From the NCBI GenBank assembly GCA_042218075.1, contig JBDGRK010000005.1, positions 36,716 through 100,715 of the forward strand: DNA of 64,000 nt. The letters run 5' to 3'. Numbering within the stretch: position 1 is the first letter of the stretch; each line of letters starts with the position of its first letter. Under the pieces are notes generated by a model, which was given only the letters and a program-made list of their open reading frames with translations, did no database searches and was not told where the DNA came from. Of this stretch, positions 57,798-64,000 are shown piece by piece. The position numbers and the translations under genes are program-made. Origin of the DNA: Candidatus Nanohaloarchaea archaeon (GTDB lineage Archaea; Nanohalarchaeota; Nanosalinia; Nanosalinales; Nanosalinaceae).

Positions 57798-60497
57798 ATG
57801 TCCTGGCACGAAATGGGCGAGGAAGAAGTACTTTCAAGCCTTGATACTTCCAGCGAAGGCCTTTCTGGAGAGGAAGCCAGAGAAAGGCTGGAGGAGCAGG
57901 GGCAGAACGAGATAAGCAAGGAGGAATCCGCGTCTCCCGTAAAGATTTTTCTCAGCCAGTTCCACGATTTTCTGATCTACATCCTTATACTTGCGGCGCT
58001 TCTCTCGCTCGCTGTGGGTTTTCTACCCGGGCACTCGCCCGAGTACACCGAGGCAGGACTGATATTTCTTATACTGGCTGCGAACGGGATTTTCGGTTTC
58101 ATACAGGACTACAAGGCGGAGAAATCGATAGAAGCTCTTAAAGATCTCTCAACTCCAAAAACCACGGTGCTTAGAGATGGAGAGAAGAAAAAGATTGATT
58201 CAAGGAAGGTTGTTCCAGGCGATATTATTTTCCTGGAACAGGGAGACGCGGTGCCCTCGGACGCGAGGCTCATCGAACAGCACAGCCTGGAGACAGACGA
58301 GTCGGCGCTTACAGGAGAGAGCACTTCGGTATCGAAGAAAACCGGAACTCTGGACGAAGCTACCTCGCTGGCTGAGAGACAAAACATGGTCTACATGAAC
58401 ACCAACGTGGTCAGGGGTAGAGGAAAGGCTACAGTGGTCGAGACAGGCATGGATACGCAGGTTGGGGATATAGCCTCCCAGATAGAGGAGGCTGACGAGA
58501 AAAAGACCCCCTTCCAGAAGGAGGTGGATGAGCTGGGCAGGAAGATAGGTTACGGTATTTTCGGTGTTATCGGGCTTGTAGCCGCGATACAGTTCTTCTT
58601 CACTTCCGCTGGCCCGATATCGATACTTTTAGTGGCGATAACTCTGGCTGTTGCGGCTGTGCCTGAAGGTTTACCAGCAGTGGTCACTCTCACACTCGCC
58701 CTCGGCTCCAAGAAGATGCTGGAAAAGGACGCGCTGGTCAGGAGGCTGCCGGTGGTGGAGTCGCTGGGATCGGTTGACGTTATCGTGACTGACAAGACAG
58801 GCACCCTGACTGAGGGCACGATGACCGTGAAGAAGGCCTACTTTTCGGGCGAGGAGTACGAGGTGACTGGAGAGGGTGCCGACACGGATGGAGAGTTTCT
58901 GCTGGATGGAGAAGAAAACATGGATCTGAAGCCGATGCTCGAGTGCGGCTACATCTGCAATAACGCGGAGAGAGCTCCTGAAGACGAGGATAAAGACTTT
59001 TACGGTGATCCGACAGAGGTAGCGCTTCTCGTATCGGCGATGAAGGCGGATGCAACACCCTACTTCGAGAGGCAGAAGAGCATTCCCTTCTCATCCGACA
59101 GGAAAAGGATGACGGTGATAACAGGAGAGAAAGAGGCCTACATGAAGGGAGCTCCGGAGACAGTGCTTGAGAGGTGTGACAGAGTTCTGATTGATGGAGA
59201 GGAAGAAAAACTTACAGATCAGAAGAGACAGGAAATACGGCAAAAAAATACAGAATTTGCGGAGGAAGCGCTGAGAGTTCTCGGGTTTGCTAAAAAGGGG
59301 GTTGAAAATCCTGAAGCCCCGGATGAAGAGATCGAATCCGGTATGGTATTCCTCGGACTCCAGGGCATGATAGACCCGCCGAGAAGTGAGGTAAAGGGAG
59401 CGGTTGACGACTGCCGTAATGCCGGAATCGATGTTGTCATGGCTACAGGCGACAACATCGAGACTGCGAAGGCTGTAGGAGGACAGATAGGATTCGATCC
59501 GGAAGGGGCGATGACAGGTAAAGAAGTTGAAGAGTTAAGCGACAGGCAACTGGAGGAGAAAGTCGGGGAGGTAGAGATATTCGCACGCGTCTCCCCGGAA
59601 CACAAGGTGAGGATACTCCAGGCTCTGCAATCAAACGGATACAACGTGGCGATGACAGGCGACGGTGTGAACGACGCTCCAGCTCTGAAGAACTCTGACG
59701 TAGGAGTCGCTATGGGGCAGAGAGGGACAGACGTTGCGAAGCAGAGCGCCGACATGGTGCTCCAGGATGACAATTTTGTGACTATCAGGGACGCGATAGC
59801 AGAGGGCAGGGGAATCTTCGACAACATCAGGAAGTTCGTGAACTACCTGCTATCGGCCAACGCCGGAGAGGTGATGGTTGTATTCTTCGGGATACTGCTG
59901 GGCACCGCCTTATTCCCGCAGGTATTCAGCTCAAGCTCGGAGGCACTTATACTGACACCTATAATGCTTCTATGGATCAATTTTGTTACCGATGGGCTCC
60001 CCGCACTAGCTCTGGGTACAGATCCCAAGTCAGAGGGTATAATGGAGAGAGAACCGAGAGGCAAAGAAGAACCGGTTATAAACAGGAGGATGATGGCGTC
60101 GATAATCGGTATCGGAGGAATTATGGCTGTGGCCGGCATACCTCTATTCTTCCAGGCTCTCAGAAGATCTCTAGGAAGTATGGGAATTGGAGAATCTCTT
60201 GTCGTGGCCCAGACCGTGCTTTTCACCTTCCTGGTTCTGGTGGAGATGATCAGGATACAGGTGATAAGATCAAGGTACAATCAATCCATACTTTCCAACA
60301 ACTGGTTGATTGCTGCGCTTGTATTATCGATCGTGCTGCAGCTAATGGTGCTTTACACGCCGCTGAGAACCTACTTCGAAACTGCGGCGCTAGGAATACG
60401 TAGCTGGATGCTTATGGGAACCGGGGTTACAGGATTTTTGGCCCTAGCCTATGGCATGAGCAAAGTACTGGACTGGTACTCCAGCGATCATCTTTAA
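57798..60497 (+). CDS. Cation-transporting P-type ATPase (type IIA, Ca2+-like)
   Basis: TGES, PEGL, DKTGT, KGAPE, TGDGVNDAP. Confidence 0.95.
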   Translation: MSWHEMGEEEVLSSLDTSSEGLSGEEARERLEEQGQNEISKEESASPVKIFLSQFHDFLIYILILAALLSLAVGFLPGHSPEYTEAGLIFLILAANGIFGFIQDYKAEKSIEALKDLSTPKTTVLRDGEKKKIDSRKVVPGDIIFLEQGDAVPSDARLIEQHSLETDESALTGESTSVSKKTGTLDEATSLAERQNMVYMNTNVVRGRGKATVVETGMDTQVGDIASQIEEADEKKTPFQKEVDELGRKIGYGIFGVIGLVAAIQFFFTSAGPISILLVAITLAVAAVPEGLPAVVTLTLALGSKKMLEKDALVRRLPVVESLGSVDVIVTDKTGTLTEGTMTVKKAYFSGEEYEVTGEGADTDGEFLLDGEENMDLKPMLECGYICNNAERAPEDEDKDFYGDPTEVALLVSAMKADATPYFERQKSIPFSSDRKRMTVITGEKEAYMKGAPETVLERCDRVLIDGEEEKLTDQKRQEIRQKNTEFAEEALRVLGFAKKGVENPEAPDEEIESGMVFLGLQGMIDPPRSEVKGAVDDCRNAGIDVVMATGDNIETAKAVGGQIGFDPEGAMTGKEVEELSDRQLEEKVGEVEIFARVSPEHKVRILQALQSNGYNVAMTGDGVNDAPALKNSDVGVAMGQRGTDVAKQSADMVLQDDNFVTIRDAIAEGRGIFDNIRKFVNYLLSANAGEVMVVFFGILLGTALFPQVFSSSSEALILTPIMLLWINFVTDGLPALALGTDPKSEGIMEREPRGKEEPVINRRMMASIIGIGGIMAVAGIPLFFQALRRSLGSMGIGESLVVAQTVLFTFLVLVEMIRIQVIRSRYNQSILSNNWLIAALVLSIVLQLMVLYTPLRTYFETAALGIRSWMLMGTGVTGFLALAYGMSKVLDWYSSDHL

Positions 60498-60520
60498 TAA
60501 CGGCCTGACAAACCATACTT

Positions 60521-60682
60521 ATGGGACTCTTAAGCGGCGGTGAGGAATGCTACGTCTGCGGGAAGGAAATAGACTCGGATACCTGTATAGAGAAGGATGG
60601 AAAGAAGTTCTGCTGCGAGAAATGCAGGGAGAGGTTCGAGGAAGAGCAGGGTGAACCTGATGAAGTATGCCAGTTCTGCTAG
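60521..60682 (+). CDS. Small TRASH/YHS-like metal-binding protein (53 aa, absent from the ORF track)
   Basis: Manual translation MGLLSGGEECYVCGKEIDSDTCIEKDGKKFCCEKCRERFEEEQGEPDEVCQFC. Confidence 0.8.
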   Translation: MGLLSGGEECYVCGKEIDSDTCIEKDGKKFCCEKCRERFEEEQGEPDEVCQFC

Positions 60683-60691
60683 GCTGATAGT

Positions 60692-61567
60692 ATGAGAGCG
60701 CTCCACAGGATAATCGGGTCGACTCTAGTCGCGATACTGCTGACAGCCTTATCGATATTCGTGGCGCCGGAGTTCAACTTCACCCGGTACGTAGTCCCGC
60801 TTTTGTTACTTGGACTGCTGGCCACGCTGACTCTGACTTCACTGGCGTTCTACCGGGAGGACAGCCTGACACTCCACGACAAGGACATACTTATGAACGG
60901 ATTCCTGATAGCTGTGCTTGTTCCCTCATTCTACACCGCTGGAGCATTCATGCATGAAAGTGCAACCTCCTGGTCTGGCGGCGAAATCCACTACCATGCG
61001 GATTATGAAGTTATCGTGGAGAGGAACGGGGAACTCCAGACACTGGACCTGATAGATCCGGGCAAGTTCTGCGGTGACAGCTACATGTGCAACCTGAACG
61101 ACAGGACCGGGATCACGAAGTACCATGAGCACAACGACAACAGGATACACCTGGAGGGAATCTTCGAGAAGAGGGAAGACGCCACTCTCGCGGCCTACTT
61201 CGAGACTTTTGGCGGGAAACTCACGAACTCTAAACTGGTATACCCCACGAACAACGGAACGGTAAAAGTCTCAGAGAAAGACGAGAAGCAACTGAAAGTT
61301 ATTGTCAGAAAAGGCACGGGAGGAAACAGGCACTGGTGCATAATAGGCAACAATGTGCCTGAAGGAAACATATGCAGGGATCAGTACACCGGGGAACTGG
61401 CAAACTCCCCCTCAGAGTACGTTGTCTCGCCGCACAAGAAGGGACCGAGCCTAGACGACATATTCGTTATCTATGACAGTTCCTCGAAACTCGAAGCACT
61501 GCAAGACCTCCAGAAAGACGGAAAATACAGGGGCACAGGTCTAAGCAAGAAGGGTGAGGGCTTCTAA
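60692..61567 (+). CDS. Membrane protein with His-rich soluble domain
   Basis: Three N-terminal TM helices; HYHAD and HEHNDNRIH motifs. Confidence 0.75.
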   Translation: MRALHRIIGSTLVAILLTALSIFVAPEFNFTRYVVPLLLLGLLATLTLTSLAFYREDSLTLHDKDILMNGFLIAVLVPSFYTAGAFMHESATSWSGGEIHYHADYEVIVERNGELQTLDLIDPGKFCGDSYMCNLNDRTGITKYHEHNDNRIHLEGIFEKREDATLAAYFETFGGKLTNSKLVYPTNNGTVKVSEKDEKQLKVIVRKGTGGNRHWCIIGNNVPEGNICRDQYTGELANSPSEYVVSPHKKGPSLDDIFVIYDSSSKLEALQDLQKDGKYRGTGLSKKGEGF

Positions 61568-62331
61568 TGGTGACCGCTACTCTACCTACACTGACCGCTG
61601 TGATTATCACCGCTGCAGTCGACTCGGTAAACCCCTGCGCTATAGGTGTGGCTCTGCTGCTGGTCGCGACACTGGTCAAGCAGGACAGGAGGGGCGACAT
61701 ACTGAAGGTCGGATTGATCTACGTTACTTTCGTCTACCTCACATACTTCACGGCAGGACTTGGAATACTGTTCGGGCTGACATCGATACCCACACAGGTC
61801 GCCAACTACATAACCGTATTCGTATCGCTCATAGTCATAGCGGGAGGTTTACTGGAGATCAAGGACTTCTTCTGGTACGGAGAAGGATCCTCTCTCATGA
61901 TACCGGAGAAGTACTCGGAAAAGATTGCGGAGAAGATGGAGAATATAACGACTCCCGCGGCTGTACTGCTCGGAATCTTCGTGGCGGCGGTGGAACTACC
62001 CTGCACAGGAGGCCCATATCTGGCGATACTGACAGTTGTTCACCAGGCTCTCGTGCAGCCGGCGACCGCCTCAACAGCGGTGATGGTGAACATATTCGGC
62101 TTCAATCTGCCCCTGACAGCTCTGCTGATGATGGCGCTATACAACCTGATCTTCGTGATGCCGCTGATAATCATAGTACTGATGTCATACTTCGGGTCGA
62201 AGAAAGTCCAGGAGATGAAAAAGTGGAAGCACATGAACAGGGCCAGGATGAGATTGGCGGCGGGACTGCTGATGATCTACCTCGGCTGGATCCTGCTTCT
62301 CCTGGCGACCGGGATCGTGAGGCTTGGATAG
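61567..62331 (+). CDS. CcdA/DsbD-like transmembrane disulfide transfer protein
   Basis: DSVNPCA and ELPCTGGPY Cys-Pro motifs, about six TM helices. Confidence 0.85.
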   Translation: MVTATLPTLTAVIITAAVDSVNPCAIGVALLLVATLVKQDRRGDILKVGLIYVTFVYLTYFTAGLGILFGLTSIPTQVANYITVFVSLIVIAGGLLEIKDFFWYGEGSSLMIPEKYSEKIAEKMENITTPAAVLLGIFVAAVELPCTGGPYLAILTVVHQALVQPATASTAVMVNIFGFNLPLTALLMMALYNLIFVMPLIIIVLMSYFGSKKVQEMKKWKHMNRARMRLAAGLLMIYLGWILLLLATGIVRLG

Positions 62332-62332
62332 C

Positions 62333-62608
62333 ATGGGAAAGATCGTGAAGAGTCAAGGAGAGAAAGAAGAGTTCGACGAGGGAAAGCTGTGGCACTCGAT
62401 TTACTATCCCGCGAGAGAAGCACACTACACGGAGGAAGAGGCTGTAGAGCTGGCGGATGATGCAAAGCAGGAAGTTATGGGATGGATGGACGAACATGAG
62501 GACGATGTACTGACCTCTAAAGAGCTGAGGCAGAAAATATCTGAAATACTGTCGCGCAAGGACGAGGATGTGGAGTTCCTCTACAGGAAGCACCTGGATC
62601 TCAACTAG
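62333..62608 (+). CDS. Stand-alone ATP-cone domain protein
   Basis: IVKSQGEKEEFDEGKLWHSI...TSKELRQKISEIL...Y pattern. Confidence 0.75.
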   Translation: MGKIVKSQGEKEEFDEGKLWHSIYYPAREAHYTEEEAVELADDAKQEVMGWMDEHEDDVLTSKELRQKISEILSRKDEDVEFLYRKHLDLN

Positions 62609-63132
62609 TCGTATCTCCAGAGGATCACTGCTATAGCCAGGAATGCGGTAAGAGCCATAACAGGCACAGTGATGTATCCGTAGTGGAAAGTGTACTGTGT
62701 CTCGCAGCTCACCTCCATTATCGAGCAGCCCGCTGAGTGGAACTGTTCTATCCTCTGGATTATGGAGTGGTATAGAGCTATAGGTATTCCGATCAGCGCC
62801 AGCGGCATTACGTAGTCCTTCAGGTCATCCTTCCTCAGATATATAGCTGATGCTGAAAGAACCACGATCGGGTACATGAAAATCCTCTGGAACCAGCAGA
62901 GGCGACACGGAGTCCAGCCGAGAACGTTAGAAAGGTAGAGACTTCCTGCTGTCGCTATAGATGCGACAGTCAAGACAATATAGTATTTCCGATCCGAAAT
63001 AAACCCATCAGCAGGCTCCAGGAACTCTAGCTCTTTGCCCATTTTCCTCGCTAAAAATACGATCAATGCAGCTATCAATCCCAGATCCAGTAGAAAAACA
63101 GTGGTAGCTAACGCAGAGGTAACCACTCCCAT
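62605..63132 (-). CDS. dsbB: Disulfide bond formation protein B (BdbC/DsbB)
   Basis: PCRLCWFQRIFMYP, second Cys pair, four to five TM helices. Confidence 0.92.
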   Translation of the reverse strand: MGVVTSALATTVFLLDLGLIAALIVFLARKMGKELEFLEPADGFISDRKYYIVLTVASIATAGSLYLSNVLGWTPCRLCWFQRIFMYPIVVLSASAIYLRKDDLKDYVMPLALIGIPIALYHSIIQRIEQFHSAGCSIMEVSCETQYTFHYGYITVPVMALTAFLAIAVILWRYD

Positions 63133-63184
63133 GGGAGAAAGATGGTAGGTTTAAAATAAAAACCTGTCTACACCAGAATCCCAC

Positions 63185-63997
63185 ATGGTCGACTGCAAAT
63201 ACTGTGAAGAAGAGTTCGATTCTGAAAGAGAGATGCACATCCACTGGGGAGAAGAGCACGAGGACGAGCTCAACTCACACGACGAAGAGAAAGTGAAGAA
63301 GGCGGAGAGAAAGAAGGAGGAGGAAAAGCAGAAGAAGATGTCGAGAAGGAAGAAGCTTGCTGGACAGGGACTCGCTTTAGGGGGAGCGCTGGTGCTAGTC
63401 GCGGTACTGGGATACCAGGCGCTTGGAGCTTTCGGCGGATCAACAGGGTCAGGTAATGCAGAGTTCGAGCTCAAGGGAGAACCCATGCTCGGAAATCCTG
63501 GAGCCAATGTTACAGTGGTCGAGTTCGGAGACTACAAGTGTCCGTTCTGCAGGGACTTCGAGGCAAACCACTTCCAGAGGCTGGAGAAGAATTACATCGA
63601 AAAAGGCAAGGTTAAGTTCTACTTCATGAATTACGCTTTCCTAGGCCAGAGCTCAACCAGGGCGGCGGTAGCGGCCGAGTGCGTCCTGAGGCAGAACGAA
63701 TCCCAGTTCTGGAAATTCCACAAGGCTATATACCAGAACCAGGGGCCGGAATCCCAGGACTGGGCGACTCAGAGCGTGCTCATGAACATTGCCAGACAGA
63801 ACACCCAGGGACTTGACTATCAGAAGCTCAGGAGCTGTATTTCCAATCGGAAAACCATCAACGAGGTTCAGTCCGACAGGAGTCAGGGAGCCGAAAATGG
63901 AGTTTCGGGAACGCCCAAGATATTTGTCAATGGAAGGAAACTTCCGGGATACGAGTACTCGACGATCAAGGCAGCAATAGAGCAGGAGCTGCGATGA
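63185..63997 (+). CDS. DsbA-family oxidoreductase with N-terminal zinc finger and TM anchor
   Basis: CKYC...H...H, TM helix, EFGDYKCPFC, GVSGTP. Confidence 0.9.
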   Translation: MVDCKYCEEEFDSEREMHIHWGEEHEDELNSHDEEKVKKAERKKEEEKQKKMSRRKKLAGQGLALGGALVLVAVLGYQALGAFGGSTGSGNAEFELKGEPMLGNPGANVTVVEFGDYKCPFCRDFEANHFQRLEKNYIEKGKVKFYFMNYAFLGQSSTRAAVAAECVLRQNESQFWKFHKAIYQNQGPESQDWATQSVLMNIARQNTQGLDYQKLRSCISNRKTINEVQSDRSQGAENGVSGTPKIFVNGRKLPGYEYSTIKAAIEQELR

Positions 63998-64000
63998 AAA

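Noticed and set aside
1-64000. tRNA, rRNA, CRISPR arrays and IS transposases
   Set aside because: None recognised by eye; tRNAscan-SE, Rfam and CRISPR searches would be needed to exclude them formally.

Overview
Archaeal chromosomal DNA with a strongly acidic proteome, archaeal-type housekeeping genes (rpl12/P1, alaS, tyrS, serS, topA, radB, CDC48, type II map, S-layer) and compact, mostly leaderless gene organisation. This is most consistent with a Nanohaloarchaeon (DPANN); the assignment is an inference. The window also carries a PDH-ACD fermentative cluster, a Dsb/CcdA redox cluster, two LAGLIDADG inteins (TopA, CDC48), a free-standing LAGLIDADG gene and an amino-acid island (about 15.8-37.7 kb). 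The main observation is a family of unannotated leader elements in that island. Five leaders hold seven copies of the in-frame signal GGT-GRA-YRY-KTT-[codon], and where the downstream gene is identifiable the codon matches its amino acid: TAC before tyrS, TCC before serS, ATC before ilvA. The other two leaders carry CTG alone and a GTG/ATC/CTG triplet. The 0-frame stops early. The +1 frame either ends in an identical 8-nt overlap with the aaRS start codon, or ends in a run of the same amino acid next to a hairpin, which covers the downstream SD in two of the three cases. This looks like an amino-acid-sensing, hungry-codon +1 frameshift attenuation system in an archaeon. The mechanism is inferred and untested. 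No tRNA, rRNA or CRISPR array was recognised.
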